From the sequence record DRR723986_4137: DNA of 64,000 nt; one strand, given 5' to 3'. Under the pieces are notes generated by a model. The model was given only the letters and a program-made list of their open reading frames with translations. It made no database searches and was not told the DNA's origin. The translations under genes and the position numbers were made by a program. Below, in pieces: positions 48,459 to 58,065 of this stretch (position 1 is the first letter of the stretch; each line of letters begins with the position of its first letter).

Positions 48459-49667
48459 ATGGACAACATCGAACTTATCAAGTTAATTGGTCGTGAGCGA
48501 GCCATCTTTCAGGAGGATCTCGCCAAGCACGAGACTGAGCTTTCCGAACTGATCGCTGGTGGAAAGTTCTTAGTTGTCGGTGGTGCTGGCTCGATTGGTG
48601 GTGCTGTTGTCAAAGAACTGTTCAGACGCAACCCGAAAACTCTGCATGTGGTTGATACCAGCGAGAATAACTTGGCAGAATTGGTGCGTGATCTCCGCTC
48701 TTCGCTTGGTTACATCGATGGCGACTTTCATGCGTACTGCTTTGACCCTCTGGGGGCTGAGTTTCCGGGATTCGCCAAGAGTAAGTTGGCCGAAGGGACG
48801 CCCTACGATTATGTACTGAATTTTTCGGCGTTGAAGCATGTTCGCAGTGAGAAAGATCCATTCACTCTGATGCGGCTGCTGGATGTGAATGTCTATTTGA
48901 CTCGGAAGCTATTGGAGTTTTCGAAGCAGTGTGGCGCAAAGAAATTTTTCTGCGTTTCAACAGATAAAGCCGCCAATCCAGTTAACATGATGGGTGGGTC
49001 GAAACGCATCATGGAAATGTTCTTGATCGGTGACGAAACGGGTACCGCAGTTTCCACCGCAAGATTTGCCAATGTCGCTTTCTCCGACGGTTCCCTGCCC
49101 TTTGCATGGACGCAACGCATCCTAAAGGGGCAGCCTATCTCGGCACCAAATGATATCCGACGCTATTTCGTGACTGGGCAAGAAGGTGCACAGTTGTGTT
49201 TGTTTTCCATTCTGCAGGGCGCTGATCGGGAAATCTACTTTCCGAAGTTGAGTGCTAATTTGCACCTAATTACGTTCTCTTCGATGGCAGAGCGATACTT
49301 GACCAGTATCGGATACGAGCCGCATCTGTGTGACAGCGAAGAGGAGGCCCGGAGCCGGGTTGCTGAGCTGAAGGCCGACAAGAAGTGGCCTTGTTACTTC
49401 TTTGCTACAGATACAACCGGAGAAAAGGACTTCGAAGAGTTCTATACCGATGCGGAACAGGTTGATTGGGACCGTTACTCGGAGCTCGGTGTTGTGATGA
49501 ACGAAGCGTTCGTCGATCAAAGCCTGCTTAGGGACTTCGATAACAAGATTCACCGACTGCGCGAGCGGGAAGCTTGGACCAAAGAAGAAATGCTTGATGC
49601 GTTTTCTGGTCTGCTTCCCAATTTCGCTCATAAGGAAACCGGCAAGAACCTCGACAATCGAATGTAG
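48459..49667 (+). CDS. UDP-GlcNAc 4,6-dehydratase (CapD/PglF catalytic-domain type)
   Basis: GGAGSIG, SALKHVRSE, VSTDKAANPVNMMGGSK and RFANVAFSDGS motifs. Confidence 0.9.
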   Translation: MDNIELIKLIGRERAIFQEDLAKHETELSELIAGGKFLVVGGAGSIGGAVVKELFRRNPKTLHVVDTSENNLAELVRDLRSSLGYIDGDFHAYCFDPLGAEFPGFAKSKLAEGTPYDYVLNFSALKHVRSEKDPFTLMRLLDVNVYLTRKLLEFSKQCGAKKFFCVSTDKAANPVNMMGGSKRIMEMFLIGDETGTAVSTARFANVAFSDGSLPFAWTQRILKGQPISAPNDIRRYFVTGQEGAQLCLFSILQGADREIYFPKLSANLHLITFSSMAERYLTSIGYEPHLCDSEEEARSRVAELKADKKWPCYFFATDTTGEKDFEEFYTDAEQVDWDRYSELGVVMNEAFVDQSLLRDFDNKIHRLREREAWTKEEMLDAFSGLLPNFAHKETGKNLDNRM

Positions 49668-49691
49668 TGTCTGATGAATCAGTTCAAGCAA

Positions 49692-49766
49692 TGTAGGGTG
49701 GGCGGAGCCCACCGATTCTTAGTCTCAAGAGCGTGCCGCGCTGCGGTGGGTTTTACCCACCCTACA
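49692..49766. repeat. Inverted REP doublet (GTAG-type, REPIN-like)
   Basis: TGTAGGGTGGGCGGAGCCCACCG at 49692-49714 and an inverted copy TGTAGGGTGGGTAAAACCCACCG at 49766-49744. Each has a GTAG tetranucleotide plus a GGTGGG-N-CCCACC palindrome. Confidence 0.82.
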
Positions 49767-49804
49767 AAAGCCGAATACAGAATGAGTAGATTGGGGAAGA
49801 CACG

Positions 49805-50494
49805 GTGCTGAAACGTTTGCTTGATATCGTGGTTTCTGGCTGCGTGCTACTGCTGCTATCACCACTGTTGATCGTTGTCATTTTGATCCTCAAACTGACC
49901 GGTGAAAAGGAAGCGTTCTATTTTCAACCTCGTGTTGGATATCTGGGAAAGATCATCTCGGTAACCAAGTTCGTCACGATGGTGAAAGATGCGCCGAACC
50001 TCGGAACGAAAGACATTACGCTTCGGGATGATCCGCGAGTGCTGCCGGTTGGCAAGTTCTTGCGAAAGACAAAGCTGAACGAAATCCCTCAGTTTTGGGA
50101 TGTCTTGGTCGGGAAGCTCTCGCTGGTAGGCTGGCGTCCGCTGATGCCAGAAGGCTTTGATGAGTATTCAAAGCGAGTCAAAGAACAAATTGTGAAGGTG
50201 AAGCCTGGCCTGACTGGAGTCGGATCCATGGTATTTCGTGACGAAGAGGCAATTGTCACGCGGGCTGCAGAAGAAGGTCGCGATCTGCGAGCTTGCTATC
50301 GCGAAGACATTATGCCCTACAAAGGTGAGCTAGAGATTTGGTATTCACAGAATGCTGGCTTGTTCACGGACATAAAGATCATGCTCGCCACGGCGATTGC
50401 GATCCTAATGCCTCGCTGGCGGGGGTATGCCAGCTGGTTCAGTGGATTCCCGCGCCCGGAATCAAAGGTACTCAAAGATACTTTGGGGCTATAG
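49805..50494 (+). CDS. Monotopic phosphoglycosyl transferase (PglC-like, Bac_transf)
   Basis: KRLLDI, QPRVG, KFVTM, DDPRV...GKFLRKTKLNEIPQ, SLVGWRP and KPGLTG motifs. Confidence 0.92.
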   Translation: MLKRLLDIVVSGCVLLLLSPLLIVVILILKLTGEKEAFYFQPRVGYLGKIISVTKFVTMVKDAPNLGTKDITLRDDPRVLPVGKFLRKTKLNEIPQFWDVLVGKLSLVGWRPLMPEGFDEYSKRVKEQIVKVKPGLTGVGSMVFRDEEAIVTRAAEEGRDLRACYREDIMPYKGELEIWYSQNAGLFTDIKIMLATAIAILMPRWRGYASWFSGFPRPESKVLKDTLGL

Positions 50495-50781
50495 GCAAAG
50501 CTGGCGATGAAGCTTTTTAGAGTTGCTTTAGGGCGGAGCTGTCTCCTTTAACAGCGGCTAATGGAAGCTGCGATTGCTCAGCAAATTGAGCGGCCAACTT
50601 GTGCGGTTACTTACGCATGGGCGAGGCAGGCAATTTGGGGGATTACTGATGCTACGCGCAACTTAACTGTTGCAAGAACTTCAACTTTGTCTAACATCCT
50701 ATCTAAACAGACTAACGTGAAAGCTCCAGGTGCGCTCGACTCCACTTTCCGTTAACTCACCACAGCAGGGAGAATACTGCA

Positions 50782-51300
50782 ATGAAGAAATTTGTAATGG
50801 CATTGGCGGCACTATGCTGCTTTGCCGCCCCGAAAGCAGCGAACGCGGACTTCGTTCTTTCACTCGGTCCTCAGGTCGCGAACTTGAACTACAGTCCAGC
50901 TGGCACTTTCAGTGTCGATATCCTCGCAAGTAGGGTTGGCGAAGACCGCGGTTATAGCTTCGACAGTGTCACGGTCCCCGCGACGGACGGTGGAAATAGT
51001 GCCTTTATTGACACATTGAATGGTACGGTTGACATCAATTCATCGTTTGTCGTGACCTCGACTCCAACTGCAATTGGTACGTTCTCATTCGACGTTTCTT
51101 CTGGATTCGTTGGTATGATCAGCGAGACAACCACTTTCCAGATCGAAGCTACTCAGCTTCTACCAGCCGCTGGTGCGGGTGCCACGGCAACAGGTAGTTT
51201 CGCTGCTGCCGGAACTGTAAGTGCTGTTCCAGAGCCAGCTTCGGCTGCATTGCTCGGACTTGGCGCGTTCGGTTTGGTTCTACGTCGTCGACGTAGCTAA
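50782..51300 (+). CDS. PEP-CTERM sorting-signal protein, Ser/Thr-rich
   Basis: Signal peptide ending ANA-D. C-terminus AVPEPASAALLGLGAFGLVLRRRRS. RBS GGAG. Confidence 0.93.
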   Translation: MKKFVMALAALCCFAAPKAANADFVLSLGPQVANLNYSPAGTFSVDILASRVGEDRGYSFDSVTVPATDGGNSAFIDTLNGTVDINSSFVVTSTPTAIGTFSFDVSSGFVGMISETTTFQIEATQLLPAAGAGATATGSFAAAGTVSAVPEPASAALLGLGAFGLVLRRRRS

Positions 51301-51326
51301 TCGAATAAGCTCAATATTGAGTCATG

Positions 51327-51357
51327 AAAGGGAGGAGCGTTTGCTCCTCCCTTTTTT
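51327..51357 (+). terminator. Intrinsic terminator between the PEP-CTERM gene and the exosortase
   Basis: AAAGGGAGGAGC-gttt-GCTCCTCCCTTT-TTT. Confidence 0.88.
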
Positions 51358-51379
51358 CGTACACAAACGCAATCGTTGT

Positions 51380-53038
51380 ATGAATCGATCACAGAATTTC
51401 AACTTTTCGCTAACTGTAACGCTGCTTTGCTGTGTCGGTTGCCTGCCGTACGTGCTGGTTTATCTGGCTAATCTTTGGCAGCAGCCCCACTATCAGTTCT
51501 TTCCCGTGCTGCTCGTTGCCGTTGGGTGGATGTTTTGGCAGCGTTGTGGAGGAATCCTTAACGCAGGTTGGGCTTGGAAGCTCTTTTGTAGCGTCGTCTT
51601 GCTAGGCGGAGCATTTGGCGTGCTATGTGCGACCGTGTTCGCTTCCCCGTGGATGGGCTACTTTGGTTTTGCCGCGTCCGCAACTGCGGGATTGGCGATG
51701 CTAATGGATCGAGGAACGGGACGAAGTCTTGCCTACCTTGGCTTGCCACTGTTTCTAATTTGGCAGCCGCCTTACAACACCATCATCACCGCTGACACCG
51801 TCTTGATCCAACAGCTACAGGTCGTCAGCGCCAAACTGTCTTCGCGATGGCTCGATGCCCTGGGCTATCTCCATTTCCAGCCCGGCACGGTTCTGGAATT
51901 CGCCGGCAAGAGCTTTGGCGTCGCTGAAGCTTGCAGTGGTATTCAGTCATTTTTTGCCGTGGTTTGCTTCGCTGCCCTGCTCTGTGCTTACTTCCGCCGA
52001 GGTCCGGTGCACACGCTTCTGCTGATGGCGACCAGCCCCCTCTGGGCATTGCTGATGAACACAATTCGCATCACGGCGATTCCGATTGCCTACTCAGCCC
52101 TGGGCGTCGACTTGTCTCATGGTCTCATCCATGACCTGCTCGGCTTCGGGACGATGGGTCTAGCGATCGTCTTGCTCATCAGCGCTGATGAACTGCTGCT
52201 AAAGATGGCCGAATTGTTTGAGCCGTGGTTAGGAAGTTTTGCAGTCAAGCATTCGCCTGGCACACAATCGGAATCAAGTGGCACTAGTTTCTCCTGGGCT
52301 GCGGTAGGTGGCTTACCAAGACCACAATTGCTGCTGCTTGCGATACTTGCCTTGCCCTTTATTGGCATGTTTGGCTTGCAGGCCAACGATGCCTACACCT
52401 CGTGGGGCATGCAAAAGAAAACAATCGATTTCTTCCGAGATGAGCCGCTGATTGAGATGTCCGTTCGTGATGCTCCTGAGTCGTTGATGGGATGGAAGCG
52501 GGTCAATTATATCCGTGAGAATCGCGCCCGGGACAACGACGACCTGGGGCAGCAGAGTGATCTTTGGTATTACCAAAACGCCAACGGACGGACGACCGTT
52601 TCATTTGACCAGATGTTTCCAGGATGGCACGAGCTCACACGGTGCTACCGTTCGGCTGGTTGGAAGCTTGAGCGGCGGGGTGTACTCTCAAGTGACGTCG
52701 CTGGCGAATGGCCAATCGTCGAGGCTTACTTTTCCCGCAGCGGTGAGTACGGTTACTTAATTTGGTCGCTGAAGACTCGCGATGGAAAACCGGTTCAGCC
52801 GCCTGGCGAATGGAACCCTTGGACGTCACTCAAGGAACGATTGCAGAATCGCCTAACACCTGCAGTACGAGGAGCCCTATTCGGCTTAGCTGCGTACCAG
52901 ATTCAAATGTTTGTTAGCGATTCGACACCGATGGATGAACGTGGCCGAACTGAGTGCATTGAGCGATTCTTGTCGGTGCGGCCGGAATTGTGGGGGCACG
53001 CAGAACGACGACTCATTGAAATGGGGCTCGCAGAGTGA
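51380..53038 (+). CDS. xrtU: Exosortase (exosortase U type) with C-terminal EpsI-like domain; intact triad
   Basis: VAEACSG (Cys185), NTIRI (Arg230), LIHD (His251). C-terminal GWHELTRCY..AGW. Adjacent PEP-CTERM gene. Confidence 0.9.
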   Translation: MNRSQNFNFSLTVTLLCCVGCLPYVLVYLANLWQQPHYQFFPVLLVAVGWMFWQRCGGILNAGWAWKLFCSVVLLGGAFGVLCATVFASPWMGYFGFAASATAGLAMLMDRGTGRSLAYLGLPLFLIWQPPYNTIITADTVLIQQLQVVSAKLSSRWLDALGYLHFQPGTVLEFAGKSFGVAEACSGIQSFFAVVCFAALLCAYFRRGPVHTLLLMATSPLWALLMNTIRITAIPIAYSALGVDLSHGLIHDLLGFGTMGLAIVLLISADELLLKMAELFEPWLGSFAVKHSPGTQSESSGTSFSWAAVGGLPRPQLLLLAILALPFIGMFGLQANDAYTSWGMQKKTIDFFRDEPLIEMSVRDAPESLMGWKRVNYIRENRARDNDDLGQQSDLWYYQNANGRTTVSFDQMFPGWHELTRCYRSAGWKLERRGVLSSDVAGEWPIVEAYFSRSGEYGYLIWSLKTRDGKPVQPPGEWNPWTSLKERLQNRLTPAVRGALFGLAAYQIQMFVSDSTPMDERGRTECIERFLSVRPELWGHAERRLIEMGLAE

Positions 53039-54585
53039 GTACGCGGGAAACTGTTTGGGGAAGCCCACCGAATTGGCGAAGTGGGATCCCTGCAATTGCT
53101 TTTGCTGGCATCGCGGGCCTCTTGAGCCTCTATGCTGTGTGGTCTGTGCCTAGAAAAGTGCCCGTTGTCTATGGCAGCGCACTCGAAGAACAGTTGCAGG
53201 CATATGGGCAAGCGGATCGTTCTGATCGCGAGTCGATTGAGAAGATTGCGGGCACGATCAACGTTGCATTCAGTCGTCTTACTTCGACTACCGCGGACAA
53301 CGAAGACTTGCTTTGGCGTTGGGCGGAGTTTAGTCGAGAACATGCTGACAATCTCCGCAGCATTGCATCCAGTGGTGAGGTTTCCGATGAATCATTGGAA
53401 CAGCTAGAAGCAACGATTGCGCGGTACTCGTCCAGAGCCAGCGACAACCTGGAGTTCTTGGCCGCAGGTGAATCGAAATACAGCTCTGAAGCAGCGGTGA
53501 TTGTTACTTACAGAAAGGTTTCGGACGTGCTAGCTGCCGGCCTTGTGCCGCCTCTCGGATACGCCGATGCATTAACGGAACATGGCGATACCGGCGGGGA
53601 TACGTCTGGTCGAGCGTCGGCGATTGTAAGCTATGTATTGCTTGAAAATTTCCAGCCGGAGTCGACCTTAGACGTGTCTGGAGAACAGGCTCCTGCGGCT
53701 GAACAAGTTCGTGCACAATTAGATACTGCTTCCCAGGATCTACCACTCGCGGCGGCGGCAAATTTGGTGTTGAGTGCTTGGGAGAGTCAGGATGCTTCTG
53801 CAGCGAGCAACGATGATTCATCGGAGGAGTCCGAGCTCAGCAGCCAGAACTATTTGTCCGCCGACGCCGCCTGGGAAGAGGCCGTATCGAATGCACTGGT
53901 TTACATCCACGACGGCGACTGGAACTCGTTGTCATTCTTGCTATCACGGCTTGAGGAGCCCAACGTTGCGATTGTGCGACATGTCGCCGCTCGCTGGATC
54001 TCCCGCTTGGCTGAGTCGAAGCTACCCGGGCGATCGGAGCAGTGGTTGGATCGTCTTCCGGACGGATTGCAATTGGCCGGTCAGATAGCCCCGGAGAGTC
54101 CACACTTCGCAACTCTGATGTGGCGAATTGGTACGACCGCATCTGAAGATGAATTTCCGGCAGCGGTTGACCAACTATTGTTAGAGACGGTCGTTGGTGG
54201 CAGATCTCCGGTGATTCAGCACGTAGCCTTGGCGATCAGCAATTGTGCTGATGGAAATCTGCCGACCGCCCGGTCGCACGTGCAGTTGGTCCAGCGCGCA
54301 ACTTCCTCGGTGGATCTATTCGTTTCGATTGTGCTGGGGCAAATGCGTTCCGGAGCACAAGAACCAGAATTACGGGTGATGCTCAAACTTTGCGAAATTC
54401 TAGTCGATGTTGAGCCTCGTCCCGGCATACCGCTCTACGCGCAAGCGATGGTCGCGTACGAACTGGGCGACCTTCAACTAGCTGCCGAATCGATGGCGGA
54501 GGCCAGTGAAGCGCTTCCGAAAAATGATAATTTGCTGCAGTTGGCTAAGCAATTTAGCAATGAACTTGAAGCCCGCGGCGAATAG
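53035..54585 (+). CDS. Membrane-anchored TPR-like helical protein
   Basis: N-terminal TM (GIPAIAFAGIAGLLSLYAVW), helical repeats and a C-terminal TPR-like motif. GTGA overlap with the exosortase stop. Confidence 0.72.
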   Translation: MSTRETVWGSPPNWRSGIPAIAFAGIAGLLSLYAVWSVPRKVPVVYGSALEEQLQAYGQADRSDRESIEKIAGTINVAFSRLTSTTADNEDLLWRWAEFSREHADNLRSIASSGEVSDESLEQLEATIARYSSRASDNLEFLAAGESKYSSEAAVIVTYRKVSDVLAAGLVPPLGYADALTEHGDTGGDTSGRASAIVSYVLLENFQPESTLDVSGEQAPAAEQVRAQLDTASQDLPLAAAANLVLSAWESQDASAASNDDSSEESELSSQNYLSADAAWEEAVSNALVYIHDGDWNSLSFLLSRLEEPNVAIVRHVAARWISRLAESKLPGRSEQWLDRLPDGLQLAGQIAPESPHFATLMWRIGTTASEDEFPAAVDQLLLETVVGGRSPVIQHVALAISNCADGNLPTARSHVQLVQRATSSVDLFVSIVLGQMRSGAQEPELRVMLKLCEILVDVEPRPGIPLYAQAMVAYELGDLQLAAESMAEASEALPKNDNLLQLAKQFSNELEARGE

Positions 54586-54779
54586 CGGCTGCTGCGACGC
54601 GGAAATCAGAAGCGTTTTCGATACGGACGGCTATGCGGGTCGTATCAGTTAGGTCGCTTCACTTGTTCAGAATCAATGTTTCACTACTCTGAAGCGATAC
54701 CCAGCGTGATACTCTAAATTAGGCTGGTCATTCCCGGCGAAGGCTTTCGTATTCTAAGGCGTCATTGCAGTAAGACTAA

Positions 54780-56471
54780 ATGAACGACACCGTCAAAAAT
54801 GAGCACTCCGAGGCCAGTGCTGGCGACACTTTGCCTAAATCTGCGAAGCTTCTCGCAGATATTGGCTTAGGCGTTCTGTGGCTCGCCTCACTGCCATTGC
54901 TATATCTATTTCTCGCAGATATCTGGGGGCGAACCGATGTTTCGCTCTTAGTCTTTTTGCCATTGGTCAGCATGCCGTTCATAGTGCCGTTGTGCAAGCT
55001 AGGCGGCGCGGTTTCCTTCCAACGGACCTGTTGGGCGACTGGTGGGCTGTTGCTGGCAGGAGTTCTGGCGTTAGTTGGTGCCTTTATTCTGTCACCGTGG
55101 GTTGCGCTTCTGGCTGTTGTTATTGGGAGCGCAAGTTGGGCTTTGTTGCGGATGGCATCTTTCGCATGGCATCGCCCATGCCGAGCGCTCGTTCCGCTTG
55201 CGGTTTTGCTGGTCCTGCCGATTGCAGATGCAGCCGATTGGACGGAAACTCTTGAGGTTCAGGTTGCAGGTGCTTCGGGTACTCTGTTGGATCTTCTTAG
55301 CGTGCCGCACTTGGTCGATTACAGCGAAATTCGCCTGAGATTTGATGCTCCGCTTGATTCATCTCTTGCTTGTCGAAATATCGCCAGCCCCTACGTGTTA
55401 TTCTGCGTATCGGCGCTTCTGCTGATGGTCGCTTCTAGGAGTCTTTCTAGCGCACTGCTTGCTCTTGCTACCGTGCCGCTTTGGAGCTGGCTGTTGTCGA
55501 CGATGCATTTGACAGCCGCTGCTTGGCTTTGGGAGCAAAAAGACACGGTCATTTTCGCTGGACCAACTCGGAACTTGATTTCTCAGTTCTGCTTTCTGAT
55601 CCTTGGGCTTGGATGTGTCTTCTTAACCCGCGTTGTGATATCGAATCTCTTAGCACCACTCGCGAACATTTCATCGGACGCAAGTTGGACGCACGCCCTT
55701 TTCAATCGTTTGGCGATGTGGCCCAACCTTGACGCGGAAATGCTCGAGGAAGTTCGTACCAAAGACCGAGAAGACGACAGACAATCACGCGTCTTCGATT
55801 CTCGGTTTTATCTTGCCATCACCGCTGTGTGTATTCTTGCGTTTGCCGCGTCGGGGATCATCGGAATACAACGAGCGTCAGCGTCTGAGGCTAGGTTTTC
55901 GAGATTGGGATTGGTCGAGCGTCAGGACAGTCTGCCATCGCTCAAAGTTCCGGAACAAATAGGTGAACTACGCCGAATCGGTAGCATGACCGCTAGAGCA
56001 AGCGAGAGCGAGTTTGCGGATCAACTGGTCGTAGGATGGACTTATGCGAATTCTCGGCGACGCGTGCTGATTGAACTGCGCACGCCACAACGGGGGGCGG
56101 TGAATCTGGAGAAGCGATACCTGAACCAGGTGCGGCGCGAGAGTGAGCCGCGGAGCACTATTTTACAGTATCGTGATTCATTGGGAGCATTTCTGGTCAG
56201 TGATGTAATGCTGCTTGATGAACTGTATGGACGATCCTACCTTTGCTACGTGAATTTGACCGCCAGCGGGGAGGCCCCTGTTCAGACGATTGCGTTTGGG
56301 CAGCGGCTTAGTCTTCGCAGTCTGAAGCATTCCCTGACACTTCAGCCAACTGCTTATACGTTGTCCTTTTTCGTCGAGGGAACCGAGCGGCTGAGTGAAG
56401 AAGAACGCGTGGAGTACCACGAGATTTTGCTACAATTTGCGGAATCGCTTGCAACGCAGTTGCAGCAGTAA
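54780..56471 (+). CDS. Exosortase-family paralogue with Cys-His-Arg (swapped) triad positions
   Basis: Gapless match to the 51380 protein around LAC...ATVPLW...STMHLTA...GPTR (Cys198, His243, Arg264). Same TM plus periplasmic-domain layout. Confidence 0.8.
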   Translation: MNDTVKNEHSEASAGDTLPKSAKLLADIGLGVLWLASLPLLYLFLADIWGRTDVSLLVFLPLVSMPFIVPLCKLGGAVSFQRTCWATGGLLLAGVLALVGAFILSPWVALLAVVIGSASWALLRMASFAWHRPCRALVPLAVLLVLPIADAADWTETLEVQVAGASGTLLDLLSVPHLVDYSEIRLRFDAPLDSSLACRNIASPYVLFCVSALLLMVASRSLSSALLALATVPLWSWLLSTMHLTAAAWLWEQKDTVIFAGPTRNLISQFCFLILGLGCVFLTRVVISNLLAPLANISSDASWTHALFNRLAMWPNLDAEMLEEVRTKDREDDRQSRVFDSRFYLAITAVCILAFAASGIIGIQRASASEARFSRLGLVERQDSLPSLKVPEQIGELRRIGSMTARASESEFADQLVVGWTYANSRRRVLIELRTPQRGAVNLEKRYLNQVRRESEPRSTILQYRDSLGAFLVSDVMLLDELYGRSYLCYVNLTASGEAPVQTIAFGQRLSLRSLKHSLTLQPTAYTLSFFVEGTERLSEEERVEYHEILLQFAESLATQLQQ

Positions 56472-56557
56472 ACCCCATGAACGGGCTACGTCACAAGTTG
56501 AATGAGACAGGTTCCGTCTAGGAACTGAACCTTAATTCTTTAAATGAAAAGAACATT

Positions 56558-58060
56558 ATGTTTCGCGAAGAGTTAATCGAATTCATTCTCGCGTTCGTGA
56601 AGAGCCGAAGTTGGTGGAGACTGATTCTACAAGGAGGCTTGTTGGTTATCCTACCTTTGGTCGCGGGTGGCTTCGTGCTCTACGGAGCTTCGATACCGGT
56701 CAACAGGATCGGTGAGCGTTACATGACGGAGGTTAGTAACGAAGTTGACCAGCGGTTCGCCGCGCTTGAGTCTGGCAAAGAAGGCTCGGTTGACGAAATG
56801 GATTCGAAACTCCGCATTTCCCTGGAGCGTATTTTACAACTAGGTGAATCTAACGAGCGTGTTTCCTACATGGTGGCAATGCAGTTGGCTTTGCAGGGAC
56901 GCGTGGAGACAGCCGCGAAAAAGATGCGAGATATCGCTCCTGCAAACGGGGCTGGTTTCGCCCCTGCCCATGCATGGTTATCAAGCTACGAGGCCGAGCG
57001 GTTTGACAACACGAAGGAAATGGCGGAAGTAGTGCTGAATGATCTGACGATTGCTAACAACGCCCTGTCGACCATGCCCGAAAATCTAACCAACCTACAA
57101 GCCAGATTGTTGGTATCCCTTGGACGCCGAACAGAAGCGTTGGACATCTTGAGTTTTCGGGCTGAACAAAAGCCTCAACTGTATTCGAGCTTGGCTGATC
57201 TAGCGGTTCAAATGAAAGATCGGGCGACGCTGCGGGAGGCGGTGCAGAAGACTCGCGAGTTTTTGAAGGTCCGCTACGCTGATCGGGAGCTTGACGAGGC
57301 TTTCTATATTCAGAACTCAAAGCTAGAGGATTATGAAAACGACCTTGATGGCGTGTTGATGTATACGAAGCAGGGATTGCAAAAATTTCCTGAATCAGGC
57401 TTGTTGCGACGCTATCTTTCCAATGCTTTGCTTGTGAAATTCAATCGAGTTCAGAGCAACTTAGACGACGGTGAGCCAGGGCGAGATTACCTTCAAGAGG
57501 CTTACGACTCAGATCCAGCGAACCCTGCAATTATGGTGCAGATTGCGAAAGCGATCGCTCAAGGAGAAGATACTGGCGACGAATTGCGGGAGGCTCTTGA
57601 GCAACGGCTGGAGGATGGCACTGCATCAGGTGTAACGTATCTGATCCTAGGCAACAGCAGCCTAGGAAACGGCGATATGGTTCAGGGGATCGACTACTTA
57701 GAAAACGCGTTGGAAGCGTTTCCGGATGCACCGCTTGTTCTGAACAACTTAGCTTACGCCATGCTACAGCTTGACCCGCCCAAAATTGATGAGTCACTGA
57801 AGGCGGTGGAAAAGGCCCTTGCTTTCAAGGAGATTCCGCCCGCCTTTAAAGCGTCAATCAAGGATACTCAAGGCGAAGCGCTTGCCCTGAAGGGCGATGC
57901 ATTGGGGGCGATTGAATGCTATGAAGCAGCGATTGGGATCGACCCCGGCAAAATTTCGTCTCGCGAAAAGCTTGTCCCGCTCTACAAGGCCATCGGTATG
58001 GAAAAGATGGCAACCGTTCAGCAAGAACGAATCAATGAACTCAAACAGCAGCAACCGTAG
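56558..58060 (+). CDS. Membrane-anchored TPR protein
   Basis: N-terminal TM. TPR motifs TYLILG...YLENALEAFPD, VLNNLAY and DTQG...AIECYEAAIGIDP. Confidence 0.88.
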   Translation: MFREELIEFILAFVKSRSWWRLILQGGLLVILPLVAGGFVLYGASIPVNRIGERYMTEVSNEVDQRFAALESGKEGSVDEMDSKLRISLERILQLGESNERVSYMVAMQLALQGRVETAAKKMRDIAPANGAGFAPAHAWLSSYEAERFDNTKEMAEVVLNDLTIANNALSTMPENLTNLQARLLVSLGRRTEALDILSFRAEQKPQLYSSLADLAVQMKDRATLREAVQKTREFLKVRYADRELDEAFYIQNSKLEDYENDLDGVLMYTKQGLQKFPESGLLRRYLSNALLVKFNRVQSNLDDGEPGRDYLQEAYDSDPANPAIMVQIAKAIAQGEDTGDELREALEQRLEDGTASGVTYLILGNSSLGNGDMVQGIDYLENALEAFPDAPLVLNNLAYAMLQLDPPKIDESLKAVEKALAFKEIPPAFKASIKDTQGEALALKGDALGAIECYEAAIGIDPGKISSREKLVPLYKAIGMEKMATVQQERINELKQQQP

Positions 58061-58065
58061 CTGCT

